Shown here: positions 9,897 through 19,583 of the stretch, one piece after another
Layout: every line of letters starts with the position of its first letter
Numbering within the stretch: position 1 is the stretch's first letter
NCBI GenBank assembly: GCA_963707915.1
Contig: OY970178.1
Coordinates: 3,360,001-3,424,000, forward strand
Reading direction: 5' to 3'
Length of the DNA: 64,000 nt
DNA from: Candidatus Eiseniibacteriota bacterium
GTDB lineage: Bacteria > Eisenbacteria > RBG-16-71-46
Program-made: the position numbers and the translations under genes
Notes under the pieces: model-generated
The model's input: only the letters and a program-made list of their open reading frames with translations
What the model was told of the DNA's origin: nothing
Databases searched by the model: none

Positions 9897-10119
9897 TGAT
9901 TCTTGCTCCGAGATTCGCCTCAAGAGAGAGACCGCTAAGGAGCTCCTGCTGGCCATCTTGCCCTCGTTGAACTCCGGCAGCATGTCGGCCCCGGCTCGGT
10001 TGAGCGGGCTGGTCGCAAACTGTTACTGTAACCAGTAAGGCGTACCTCGCCGGGCCGCTCGTCGTAGGAGGCAAGCTGCAGCAGCGGCCCGTCGGCTTCT
10101 TGCGACGGGAGGGAACCCC

Positions 10120-11010
10120 GTGCCGGGCAGCACCGTTCACACCGTTGGAGAGCCGCAGCGGCTTGGCGCAAAGCCGGTACTCCGCTGGGCAGGTAGCAAG
10201 CGCAAGCAGCTGGCCCGATTGAGGACCTTCTGGTCGGCGGACCACGTCCGATACGTCGAGCCATTCGTTGGCTCTGCTTGCCTGTTCTTTGAACTGGCCC
10301 CCACCAGCGCGATCTTGGGTGACACAAATGCCCAGCTAGTGGAGTTCTACACCGTCCTCCGCACCGACCCGCGCCGATTGCACCGACGCTTGGCGCACAT
10401 CCCCAGAGATGTCGCGTCCTACTACAAGTGGCGCGAGATGGTCCCCGCGAGGTTGGACAAGGAAACGCGGGCCCTGAGGTTCCTCTATCTCAACCGCAAC
10501 TGCTTCAACGGGATCTACCGAACCAACGTCAAGGGCGAGTTCAATGTTCCGTTTGGCAAGAAAGTGGGAGCATACCCAACCGCAATTGACTTCGCGCGCT
10601 GCGCCGATCTGCTGAAGCACGTCAAGCTGGTTGCTCAGGACTTCGAGAAGACTCTGGAAGGAGTTGGCTCGGGTGACTTCGTTTACCTGGATCCCCCCTA
10701 CGCGCTGGACTCGCGAAGGGTGTTTCGTCAGTACGGACCAGGATCATTCAAGACGACGGACGTAGCTCGGCTCGGCAAGTCCCTCAAGCGGGCGCATGCA
10801 CGAGGTGCGCATTTCCTCGTTTCCTACGCAGACTGTACGGCCTCTCGCGTCCTGGCGAGGGAGTGGGTCTCGGTTCGCCTGCCGATCCAACGCCATGTCG
10901 CGGGTTTCGCGGACGAACGCAGGCGGGCCTATGAGTGGCTCATCTCCAACCAGCCGATACCTTCGGGAGTTGGAAGTAAGACTCCAAAGCGAACGGAGCC
11001 CAGGGCATGA
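10120..11010 (+). CDS. Dam/D12-class N6-adenine DNA methyltransferase
   Basis: LRWAGSK, YVEPFVGS, YLNRNCFNGIYR, FVYLDPPY. Confidence 0.93.
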   Translation: MPGSTVHTVGEPQRLGAKPVLRWAGSKRKQLARLRTFWSADHVRYVEPFVGSACLFFELAPTSAILGDTNAQLVEFYTVLRTDPRRLHRRLAHIPRDVASYYKWREMVPARLDKETRALRFLYLNRNCFNGIYRTNVKGEFNVPFGKKVGAYPTAIDFARCADLLKHVKLVAQDFEKTLEGVGSGDFVYLDPPYALDSRRVFRQYGPGSFKTTDVARLGKSLKRAHARGAHFLVSYADCTASRVLAREWVSVRLPIQRHVAGFADERRRAYEWLISNQPIPSGVGSKTPKRTEPRA

Positions 11011-11972
11011 GCAAGAAACCACATGACTATGGGGTACGGGTGATCGGCGTGAAGGAGATCGCGACGGCGAGCCTGTATGCGAATCCTCACAACCCCCGTC
11101 GTCTCTTCGACAGGCAGGACATGGACGCCCTGCGCGACTCCATTGACAAGCTTGGCATCCTCGTGCCCCTTACGGTCTATAGGGAAGCCCGGTCTGGTCA
11201 CTACGTAATCCTCGATGGACAACGTCGATGGATGTGCGCGACCGAGCTGAAATTGAAGGTCGTTCCTGTCAACGAAGTTGCCGAGCCTGATCTTGTCCAG
11301 AATATTGTGACGATGTTCCAGATTCATCGGCTTCGAAGAGACTGGGAGCTAATGCCGACGGCGCTCAAACTCCAACTGCTCATGAATGAGCTGGATGAGA
11401 AGAACCCCCGGCGCTTGGCCGAACTCACAGCCCTCGATGAAGCAGTGGTCGTGCGCTGCAAGAAGCTCTTGTCCTACCCCAAGCGCTACCAGGACATGAT
11501 GCTAACCGCGGAGCCGAGCAGCCGGATCAAGGCGGATTTCTTCATCGAACTATATGTGGTTCGAAATGATCGTTTCGTGAACGGGCTTGAGTGGTACGAC
11601 CGGAACAACTTCACGGACGCCATGCTAGAGAAGATCGAGGTCGGCGGCCTGAAGTCTGTGACCGACTTCCGCAAGGTAAAACAGCACATAAACAACGCAG
11701 TCAAGGCAAACAAGAATGTGGTCATCGCACGTCGACTTCGGGAATTCGCGCAGGATCCAGTTCTTACCACAGACCATCTTGACATCGACTCGGCCAGAAT
11801 CGCGACGGGCGCGCGAAAGATGATTGCCGCGGTCGAGAAACTCCACGCGCAGATTGATTCTATTGAGCTCGAGGAGTATGTCGGCGAGAACGAGATGTGG
11901 GAGGGCCTGAAGAAACTATCTGAGCTGATCCGCAAGCGCCTTCGTGCTCTGGGCTGGAGGCTTGATCAATGA
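11007..11972 (+). CDS. ParB/Srx N-terminal-domain protein
   Basis: NPHNPRR, SIDKLGILVPLTV, ILDGQRRW; ATGA overlap with Dam. Confidence 0.9.
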   Translation: MSKKPHDYGVRVIGVKEIATASLYANPHNPRRLFDRQDMDALRDSIDKLGILVPLTVYREARSGHYVILDGQRRWMCATELKLKVVPVNEVAEPDLVQNIVTMFQIHRLRRDWELMPTALKLQLLMNELDEKNPRRLAELTALDEAVVVRCKKLLSYPKRYQDMMLTAEPSSRIKADFFIELYVVRNDRFVNGLEWYDRNNFTDAMLEKIEVGGLKSVTDFRKVKQHINNAVKANKNVVIARRLREFAQDPVLTTDHLDIDSARIATGARKMIAAVEKLHAQIDSIELEEYVGENEMWEGLKKLSELIRKRLRALGWRLDQ

Positions 11973-12796
11973 GGGTGCCTCGGCCGCCCGGCGCCTCTAT
12001 CGACAAGAAACGCATGGCCAGGTGGAAGAACGAATTCACCGCCTACAGGAGCTCGGTGACCGAATTCTCCATCTCCAGCTGGCTTGACCAGTTCAAGGCG
12101 CATGAACGGGACACTGCCGCAAGAGTGCTCGACGCGGTCGAGTTCTATGGTGACGAGCGCATTGCCACGGCATTTCGGAAGGGGCTCGAAGCGATCCCGG
12201 GGTGGAGCAGCACGCAGAGCGAACGCTCAGGCCGTTGGAGGTTCGCACCCTTTTCCCGCACCCCAGGCGAGAGTGGCGATGCAATGATGCACCGCTTCCG
12301 GATGGCCAACAGGCTGACCGGCAAGGCGCACGATGGCATGTTCAAGTACGCAAGCGAACTGATGGACGAGAAGCTCGGACCGGAAGACACGGTAATTCTG
12401 GTCGACGACTTCGTGGCAACTGGGGACTCGGTGTGCTCGAAGTGGGCCGACGGGTTCGAGGAATTGGTCGGAGAGGCTGGGTCGGTGTTTCTGGTGCTCG
12501 TGGCGGCCGTAACTTCTGCTCAGAAGCGGATCATGAAAGAGACTGGGCTGACCGTGCTCGCCGCCCATGATCTTGGCAAGGCTGACAACGTATTTGAGGA
12601 TGGCTGTCGGCACTTCAAGCCGGCCGAGAAGGCGTGCCTGCTGCGCTACGGAGCAATCGCAGATAAGAAGCGGCCAAAGGGCTACGGGGACTGCGGGCTG
12701 GTCGTTGTATTTCAGCACCGGTGCCCTAACAACTCATTGCCGATCCTGCACGCGGAACACAAGAAATGGACGGCGCTGTTCCCTCGGAACAGCTAG
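11969..12796 (+). CDS. Phosphoribosyltransferase-like protein (conflict-system PRTase type)
   Basis: PRPP-binding VILVDDFVATGDS; C-terminal GYG..LVVVF...PNNSLPIL..W.ALFPR; ATGA overlap with ParB. Confidence 0.85.
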   Translation: MRVPRPPGASIDKKRMARWKNEFTAYRSSVTEFSISSWLDQFKAHERDTAARVLDAVEFYGDERIATAFRKGLEAIPGWSSTQSERSGRWRFAPFSRTPGESGDAMMHRFRMANRLTGKAHDGMFKYASELMDEKLGPEDTVILVDDFVATGDSVCSKWADGFEELVGEAGSVFLVLVAAVTSAQKRIMKETGLTVLAAHDLGKADNVFEDGCRHFKPAEKACLLRYGAIADKKRPKGYGDCGLVVVFQHRCPNNSLPILHAEHKKWTALFPRNS

Positions 12797-13148
12797 CTGG
12801 GCTAGTTATGTCCAGCCACTGCCATTCGAATGGGGCTGTCCCTCGACTGAATCACCCACAGGGCTGTCGGATTCTCGATGGCCCCGTCTTCACTTTCGAC
12901 GCCCAAGGCCGCTCGGATGCAGTTGACGAATGCCTCAAGACGTGGCTAAATAACTGTATCATCTAGGCTTACTGCATCTCTGGATTGCCGTTCATCTGCC
13001 TTCAGTTGTTTCGGTCGCTCGCGCGCACGGTCCTCTCCGGAAGCCGCGCGCCGGGCAGAACCACGGCTTGATCCATGACGCGACGCCTCCGACGTCGACT
13101 TCGCGCAGGGGTGCAGGTCTGCCACCTGAGACCTGCCCACTACCTTCT

Positions 13149-15521
13149 ATGACCTTGAGCGAATCCGATACCCGCGCCAAACTGATCGATCCCGCCCTCC
13201 ACGCCCGTGGCTGGACGGAGGATTTGATTCGCCGTGAGGAAACAGCCGGCGCAATCGAAATCATCGACGGTCGCCCACGCCGGCAGGCCAAAGGCCGCGT
13301 GGACTACACCCTGCGGATCAAGGTGAACCCGGACACACAGCCTGTCGCAGTAGCCCTCATCGAGGCGAAGGCCGAGCACCTGCACCCTGGCCATGGCCTC
13401 GAGCAGGGTAAGGGCTACACCGCCGGGAAGCGGCTCAACGTGCCCTTCGTGTTTTCGTCCAATGGGCACCTGTTCGTGGAGTTCGACAACTTCACGGGCC
13501 TGACGAGTGATCCCCGCCAGCTGAGCGCGTTCCCAACGGTTGAGGATCTCCGTGCCCGTTACGAGCAGGGCATGGGCTTCAGCCTTGGCTCACCCGCGGC
13601 GCGTCCGCTCATCACGCGCTACGTCGGCGGCGAAGCTACCCGCCGCTACTACCAGGACGCGGCAATCCGCGCTGTCTTCGAGAAGATCGCCCGCGGCGAG
13701 AAGAAGGCGCTGCTGTCGCTGGCGACTGGCGCGGGCAAGACCTTCATTGCCGTGAATCTGCTCAAGCGTATCGCCGACGCCGGCATGCTCCGTCGGGCGC
13801 TCTTCGTCTGCGATCGCGACGAGCTCCGCAGCCAGGGGCTCGGAGCGTTCCAGAATGTCTTTGGCTCCGACGCCGCCCCGGTATCGGCCGGCAAGCCGCA
13901 GAAGAACGCCCGCATCCTCGTCGCCACCTATCAGACCCTCAACGTCGACTCGGTGGATGCGGACGCGAACTTCCTGACCAAGAACTACCCCGAGAACTAC
14001 TTCAGCCACATCATCATCGACGAGTGCCACCGCTCCGCGTGGGGCAAGTGGTCCCTGGTGCTGACCCGCAACCCAGACGCCGTCCAAGTCGGACTCACCG
14101 CGACGCCGCGGACGATCCAGTTCACTGAGAAGAGCAAGGAAGCTGAAGCCGACGCACAAGTTTCGGCTGACAACCTCCGCTATTTCGGTGAGCCGGTCTA
14201 CGAGTACGACATGAGTCAGGGTATCGAGGATGGCTACCTCGCGGCGTGCGAGATCGTGCGCCGGGACATCTTCTTCGACACGAAACAGACGAGCGAGCGC
14301 GAGGCTGGCCTCACTCAGGAGGATCTTGCCGGCAAGGCAATCGTTGACGCCAAGACGGGAGAGACCCTGTCCATCGGCGAGGCCCGTGCCCGCTACGACG
14401 CCACGAGCTTCGAGGATAGGCTCCTCCTGCCAGAGCGCGTGAAGGCGATGGCCGAGGACTTCTTCGCACACCTACTCGCCACCGGCGGCCCAGAGCAGAA
14501 GACAATCATCTTTTGCGCCCGCGACCGGCACGCCGACGACATCGCGACTGCCCTGAACAACCTCTACGCGACCTGGTGTAGCCGGGAGGGGCGCGAGCGA
14601 CTGGACTCGTACGCCTTCAAGTGCACCGCTACGAGCAACGGCGGTGACTACCTACCAGACCTGCGTGGCGGATCACGCCATCACTTCATCGCGACCACGG
14701 TGGACCTGTTGACCACAGGCGTCGACGTGCCGAACGTGCGAAACATCGTCTTCTTCAAGTACGTCCGTTCACCGATCGCGTTCTACCAGATGGTCGGTCG
14801 CGGCACCCGCCTGGACCCCGCCACCGGCAAGCTCATGTTCCGCGTCTACGACTACACCGACGCGACGCGGCTGTTTGGCGAGGAGTTCATCACGAAGCTC
14901 CCGACCCCGCGTGGCCCGATCGGACCGGGCCCGGAACCACCAGAGCCCCCTGAGCGCACGCTGCTCGTCGAGGGATTCGACGTTCGGGTCACTGACGCCG
15001 GCCGCTACATCCTGACCATGGTTGACGGGAAGGCAGTGCCCGTGACGGTTGAGGAGTACAAGGAACGCGTCGCTGCCCGCCTCGTGGAGGAGGCGAAGAC
15101 GCTCGACGAGTTCCGCAAGCGCTGGATCGCACCGGAGGAGCGCAGGGAGATGCTGGGGCGTCTGCCTGATGCTGGTCGTTCGGCCATGTTGGTGCGCGCT
15201 CTTGAGGACATGGCGGACTACGACCTCTACGACGTACTCGCGGATCTTGGATACGGGATGGCGCCACGCACGCGCCTCGAGCGCGCAGACTCGTTTGCCT
15301 ACAAGCATCAGGAGTGGCTTGCGCAGCTTCCGGACAAGGCGTCCGCGACTCTCAAGGCGATCGCTGGGCAATTCGCCGACGGCGGAACGGATGGGCTCGA
15401 GAATCCGCAGGTATTCCAGACTCCTGCCGTCGTGCGTGCCGGCGGCCTGCCGGCACTCCGGGTGATTGGTCGCCCCGCTGAGGTTCTGCGCGAGACTAAG
15501 CAGAGGATGTTCGCCGCATGA
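13149..15521 (+). CDS. hsdR: Type I R-M restriction subunit (EcoAI/EcoEI-like)
   Basis: SESDTRAKLIDP, VDY..IEAK, LATGAGKT, DECH, QMVGRGTR. Confidence 0.92.
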   Translation: MTLSESDTRAKLIDPALHARGWTEDLIRREETAGAIEIIDGRPRRQAKGRVDYTLRIKVNPDTQPVAVALIEAKAEHLHPGHGLEQGKGYTAGKRLNVPFVFSSNGHLFVEFDNFTGLTSDPRQLSAFPTVEDLRARYEQGMGFSLGSPAARPLITRYVGGEATRRYYQDAAIRAVFEKIARGEKKALLSLATGAGKTFIAVNLLKRIADAGMLRRALFVCDRDELRSQGLGAFQNVFGSDAAPVSAGKPQKNARILVATYQTLNVDSVDADANFLTKNYPENYFSHIIIDECHRSAWGKWSLVLTRNPDAVQVGLTATPRTIQFTEKSKEAEADAQVSADNLRYFGEPVYEYDMSQGIEDGYLAACEIVRRDIFFDTKQTSEREAGLTQEDLAGKAIVDAKTGETLSIGEARARYDATSFEDRLLLPERVKAMAEDFFAHLLATGGPEQKTIIFCARDRHADDIATALNNLYATWCSREGRERLDSYAFKCTATSNGGDYLPDLRGGSRHHFIATTVDLLTTGVDVPNVRNIVFFKYVRSPIAFYQMVGRGTRLDPATGKLMFRVYDYTDATRLFGEEFITKLPTPRGPIGPGPEPPEPPERTLLVEGFDVRVTDAGRYILTMVDGKAVPVTVEEYKERVAARLVEEAKTLDEFRKRWIAPEERREMLGRLPDAGRSAMLVRALEDMADYDLYDVLADLGYGMAPRTRLERADSFAYKHQEWLAQLPDKASATLKAIAGQFADGGTDGLENPQVFQTPAVVRAGGLPALRVIGRPAEVLRETKQRMFAA

Positions 15522-16156
15522 CCAGGCACAAGCCACTCTTGCCAAAGGCGCTCCCTACTGCTCATGATCTCCCAAAGGGCTGGTGGTGGGCTGATCTCGG
15601 AAAGGCCCTGGAGCAGCGCAAGCAGTTCATCCTCGTCGAGGACGAAGAGCGCTATCAGCGCGTCACGGTGCAGTTGCACGGCCGCGGCATCTTGCCCCGA
15701 GATCATGTGCTTGGAAAGGCCATCAAGACAAAGAAGCAACAGGTCGTTGCGGCTCATGACTTCCTTGTCGCAGAGATCGACGCGAAGATGGGCGGCTTTG
15801 GAATTGTCCCGGCTTCTCTCGCGGGAGGAATCGTCAGCAGCCACTACTTCACCTTCGCGATCAACACTGACCTCCTTTTGCCGGCCTTCTTGGAGGTCTT
15901 CATTCGAACGGGGTTCTTGACGCGTGCCATTCTCGTCCATGTTCGTGGCTCGTTGAACTACGCCGCGATCCGGCCTCGCCACGTCCTTGGCATACAGTTT
16001 CCTTTTGCAGAGCCAACGACTCAAGAAACGCTTATCGCCCAGATCAAGCAGGTGGATCTAGCGCGCGCCGCCCTCAACGAACAACTAGGCATCCTGGATG
16101 CGATGCCTGCCGCCTTCATTAGAGCCGCCCTCGGTGGCGCTGTTCCGAACCCATGA
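15518..16156 (+). CDS. hsdS: Type I R-M specificity subunit, half size (single TRD)
   Basis: LPKGW.W..LG start, PF..P..Q..I helix; between hsdR and hsdM with ATGA overlaps. Confidence 0.85.
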   Translation: MTRHKPLLPKALPTAHDLPKGWWWADLGKALEQRKQFILVEDEERYQRVTVQLHGRGILPRDHVLGKAIKTKKQQVVAAHDFLVAEIDAKMGGFGIVPASLAGGIVSSHYFTFAINTDLLLPAFLEVFIRTGFLTRAILVHVRGSLNYAAIRPRHVLGIQFPFAEPTTQETLIAQIKQVDLARAALNEQLGILDAMPAAFIRAALGGAVPNP

Positions 16157-17682
16157 CGACCTACCCCATCAACGGCAAGACGCCAGTGGACCAGGCGGCA
16201 GTCAATGCCGCCATCAAGGCGATTTGCGACATCATGCGCAGATCCAACTGTGCAGGTGCCCTGCAATACGTCCCTGAGCTTACCTGGATTCTCTTCCTGC
16301 GAATCCTCGATGAGCGTGAGCTTCGCGAGACAGAAGAAGCAGAAGCCCTCGACGTTCCTTTTGAGCCGTCACTAGAGGCTCCATACCGCTGGCAGGATTG
16401 GGCGGCGCCTAACGGAAGGAAGCGCCAAGAACTTCAGAATGGCGCTCTCGGTGAGTTCTTTGGATTTGTGAACGGCAAGCTCCTGCCACATCTTCGGGGG
16501 CTGAAGGACCGAGCCGGAGCGACGCCTCGTCAGAAGGTCATCAGTGAAGTCATGTCCGGCGTCGAGCGGACGCGGATTGACACCGAGCGCAACTTCCTCG
16601 ATGTGCTGGACAAGGTAAACGAGATCAGTTCCGAAACCGCTGATCCGACCCACATGTTCACTCTGTCGCAAGTGTATGAGGGGTTGCTTCTGAAGATGGG
16701 GGAGAAGGGTAACGACGGCGGTCAGTTCTTCACCCCACGGGAAGTCATTCGCGCAATGATCCAGGTTGTTGACCCCAAGGTTGGCGAGACGATCTACGAC
16801 CCAGGCTGCGGCACTGGCGGCTTTCTTGCGCAGTCGTATGAGTACATGCGCGCACATCTGGGATCAAAGGCAACGGCCGCGCAGCTTACAGCGCTCAAGC
16901 GGAGGACGTTCTTCGGGCGGGAGAAGGACGACGCCATCTTCCCGATTGCCCTGGCGAACTTGGTGCTTCACAACATCGATGAGCCGCACATCTGGCACGG
17001 CAACACATTGACCGGCGCTGAGACATACGGTGGCCTGTACGCTGACGCGCCCTCAACGTATGACGTGATCTTGATGAATCCACCGTTCGGCGGGAAGGAG
17101 GGCCAAGAGGCTCAGACGCGCTTTGCCTATAAGACCGGCGCAACGCAGGTGCTCTTCCTTCAACACGTCATCGACAGCCTGAAGCCTGGCGGTCGGTGTG
17201 GCATCGTGCTGGATGATGGCGTCTTGTTTCGTGTCGATCAGATGGCATTCATTCAGACAAAGCGCAAACTGCTCGACGAGTGCGAGGTACGCTGTGTAGT
17301 CAGTCTGCCCGCTGGCGTGTTCACTGCGGCAGGGGCGGGCGTCAAGACTGATCTGGTCTTCTTCACGAAAGGCCAGCAAACCAAGAAGATCTGGTACTTC
17401 GACCTCTCGGAAATGAAGGTCAACAAGACTGCGCCACTAACGCTCGACATGTTTGATGACTTCTTCAAGCTCCTGCCCAGCCAAGCGGACAGCGATCACA
17501 GTTGGACTATCTCGCGCAAGCAAGTAGAGGCTAACAACTTTGACCTGAAGGCGATCAATCCACGGATCAAGGCGCAAGTGGACATTCGGACGCCCGGGGA
17601 GCTACTTGGACTGTTCGATGAAGAGGGGCAGGAGGTGGCGGAGGCCATCGCGGAGCTGCGGCGCCTGAAACGTGGGAAGTAG
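16153..17682 (+). CDS. hsdM: Type I R-M methyltransferase subunit
   Basis: GQFFTPR, YDPGCGTGGFL, NPPF. Confidence 0.95.
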   Translation: MTTYPINGKTPVDQAAVNAAIKAICDIMRRSNCAGALQYVPELTWILFLRILDERELRETEEAEALDVPFEPSLEAPYRWQDWAAPNGRKRQELQNGALGEFFGFVNGKLLPHLRGLKDRAGATPRQKVISEVMSGVERTRIDTERNFLDVLDKVNEISSETADPTHMFTLSQVYEGLLLKMGEKGNDGGQFFTPREVIRAMIQVVDPKVGETIYDPGCGTGGFLAQSYEYMRAHLGSKATAAQLTALKRRTFFGREKDDAIFPIALANLVLHNIDEPHIWHGNTLTGAETYGGLYADAPSTYDVILMNPPFGGKEGQEAQTRFAYKTGATQVLFLQHVIDSLKPGGRCGIVLDDGVLFRVDQMAFIQTKRKLLDECEVRCVVSLPAGVFTAAGAGVKTDLVFFTKGQQTKKIWYFDLSEMKVNKTAPLTLDMFDDFFKLLPSQADSDHSWTISRKQVEANNFDLKAINPRIKAQVDIRTPGELLGLFDEEGQEVAEAIAELRRLKRGK

Positions 17683-17695
17683 GCGCACAGGGACA

Positions 17696-19216
17696 CTAAC
17701 GGAGGCGTGGCAACGGGGTCCGCACCCGGTAGTACCGTTGATTCCCGCGGCGCACTTCGATGAGGTCTTCTCTGATGGCGCCCCGCAGTCGACCAATCCG
17801 TTTTCGTGCCGCCTCCAGACTGCGGATCCCCTTCAGGTCGTGCTTGACATCGTAGCTGCGAGCTTCGTGTTGGCCGTCGGCCTGACGATCGAGTAGATAC
17901 CGAAGCAGCTCGACCTCTGAGCGACGGATCTTGCTTACGGCCTCTCCCGTGCTCAGGTCGCAGACGGTCCCGCTCTGTGGACGGACCAAGTGGCTCGCCA
18001 GCTGTATCTCCGGCTCCTGCAAGTTGCGGAGTTGAAGCACTAAGTCCGTCACGGCCCGCTGGAAGTCCTTGAGCCGGAATGCCTGCTGGTATGGATGCGG
18101 GCCCGTGAGCTCCACAACACGGTGGAGTGCTTTCTCCAACTTCTCGCGCGTTGAGTAGAGCATGCGCCTGCTGAGGTAGCGGGGCTCCCTGAGCAGGTCC
18201 TCAGCCAGTTGCCGGTAGAGGATCGCTTGGGGCGGGTCGAGGGACACGATCAGCGCCATGGCGCGGCCGAAGAACTCCCGTGCTTTCTCGAGGTCCCCCT
18301 CGTGACCGCGCTCAAGGTGCAGCCGGGCCAAATCCTTCAGCGGGTAGACCATCATCCTCTTCATGGACATCTGCTCGGCGATGGCGAGCGCAGCCCGGAA
18401 GTCCTCCTCGGCGCCGCGCAAGTCGCCGCGAGCGAATCGAAGGTCAGCGCGGCCCATGTAGGCAGCGTGCAACGTTCCCGGCATCGGTTCCTCGAGACAG
18501 CCTGCAATCACGGCCTCGTAGATTGCGGCGGCTTCATCGAGCTTACCGAGCGTCTTGAGCACACCGGCGCGACGCTCATCGATCGTGCGCACCAAGCGGG
18601 GAGCGTTCAGCGGTAGCGCCAGTTCGCGGGCGCGCCGCTGCCACTCCAGGGCCTCGTCCGGGCGCTCAAGGACTGCCGACAGCCGCCCGACGTCCGACGC
18701 CGTCGTCGCGGCGCGGCGCCACTGTTCGGTTTCGATGGCGCGACGGTGTGCCTCCACCATCCTCGCACGGGCGCGTTCAAAGTCGCCCTCAAGCTCGTAG
18801 CGGTGGGCGAAGAGCGCCTCCACGTCAGCCCCGCGACTGGCAAGCTTGGGACTCTTCTGAATCAGGCGTTGCAGTTCCTCCAGCGCCTGGCCGCCTTCAG
18901 CGAAACGAGCCTGCTGGTGAAGCATGAAGGCGCGGTGGTGGTAGGACGTGTAGATCTGCCAGGCCGGCGCGCGCTTCGCGGCGCTGTGACGCTCAAACGC
19001 CCCGAACAAGCGCAGAGCATCTGTGTATTCCCCGCGCTGGTATGCCCCTTCCGCTCGCACCCACAGCTCGTCGGCGGACGGTCCCGGCGGTTCCCCGGCC
19101 GACAGCGTGGACGCCAAGCGCATCACGGCGTCCGAGTCGCCGCGGTGGGCGGCGGCCAGAGCCTTCGTGATGGTGGCCTTGGGGCTGGTGGGCATGGTCA
19201 GTATCTCCACATCCAT
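17696..19216 (-). CDS. TPR-repeat protein with C-terminal winged-HTH, putative regulator
   Basis: Multiple TPR-like repeats (G.Y.DAL, GDFERA, GKLDEA, GDLRGA); C-terminal SEVELLRYLL...IGRLRGAI..YYRV; start may be 19195. Confidence 0.72.
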   Translation of the reverse strand: MDVEILTMPTSPKATITKALAAAHRGDSDAVMRLASTLSAGEPPGPSADELWVRAEGAYQRGEYTDALRLFGAFERHSAAKRAPAWQIYTSYHHRAFMLHQQARFAEGGQALEELQRLIQKSPKLASRGADVEALFAHRYELEGDFERARARMVEAHRRAIETEQWRRAATTASDVGRLSAVLERPDEALEWQRRARELALPLNAPRLVRTIDERRAGVLKTLGKLDEAAAIYEAVIAGCLEEPMPGTLHAAYMGRADLRFARGDLRGAEEDFRAALAIAEQMSMKRMMVYPLKDLARLHLERGHEGDLEKAREFFGRAMALIVSLDPPQAILYRQLAEDLLREPRYLSRRMLYSTREKLEKALHRVVELTGPHPYQQAFRLKDFQRAVTDLVLQLRNLQEPEIQLASHLVRPQSGTVCDLSTGEAVSKIRRSEVELLRYLLDRQADGQHEARSYDVKHDLKGIRSLEAARKRIGRLRGAIREDLIEVRRGNQRYYRVRTPLPRLR

Positions 19217-19430
19217 TCTACCTCTCCTGCCGTTCGGCTCCATGTGGACAAGACATGCGTGTAGGTCCGTTGTCCAGTCGAGCCGCCGTACACCCCGACA
19301 CTGGATCTCGGAGGGCAAGACACCGAGGTCCAGCTCAAGCCGGGGTGAGCTCCCGCGACGGCGTGACGCACACGACCGTCCGCAGCACCGCGAAGACGCG
19401 CTTCAGAAGTCCCACACGAGGGTCACGACC

Positions 19431-19496
19431 ATGAACGCGAACAGGGTGCTGGTGGGCGACGACCGGGATCTGATTCCGGCTGGCGGCTTCCACTAG
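19431..19496 (+). CDS. 21-aa micro-ORF MNANRVLVGDDRDLIPAGGFH
   Basis: GAGGG RBS 8 nt upstream; GC hairpin after the stop; first ORF before the E2-like and JAB-E1 genes. Confidence 0.55.
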   Translation: MNANRVLVGDDRDLIPAGGFH

Positions 19497-19503
19497 CAGT
19501 AGC

Positions 19504-19551
19504 TCCCGGGCCGGGTGGCGGCACTCCGCCGTCGCCCGGCGGCCCGGGAAC
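19504..19551 (+). terminator. GC-rich hairpin after the micro-ORF
   Basis: CCGGGTGGCGGC-ACTCC-GCCGTCGCCCGG flanked by TCCCGGG/CCCGGGA; no U-tract. Confidence 0.45.
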
Positions 19552-19583
19552 CTGGGCGCGGTTCTAATCGGGAGGGCATTGAG

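Noticed and set aside
11007..11972. Partitioning ParB
   Set aside because: No ParA or visible parS; translationally coupled to MTase and PRTase instead
19023..19496. 157-aa ORF as a full-length Ubl ending in the GG tail
   Set aside because: Upstream part overlaps the TPR gene antisense and is not beta-grasp-like; the RBS supports a start at 19431
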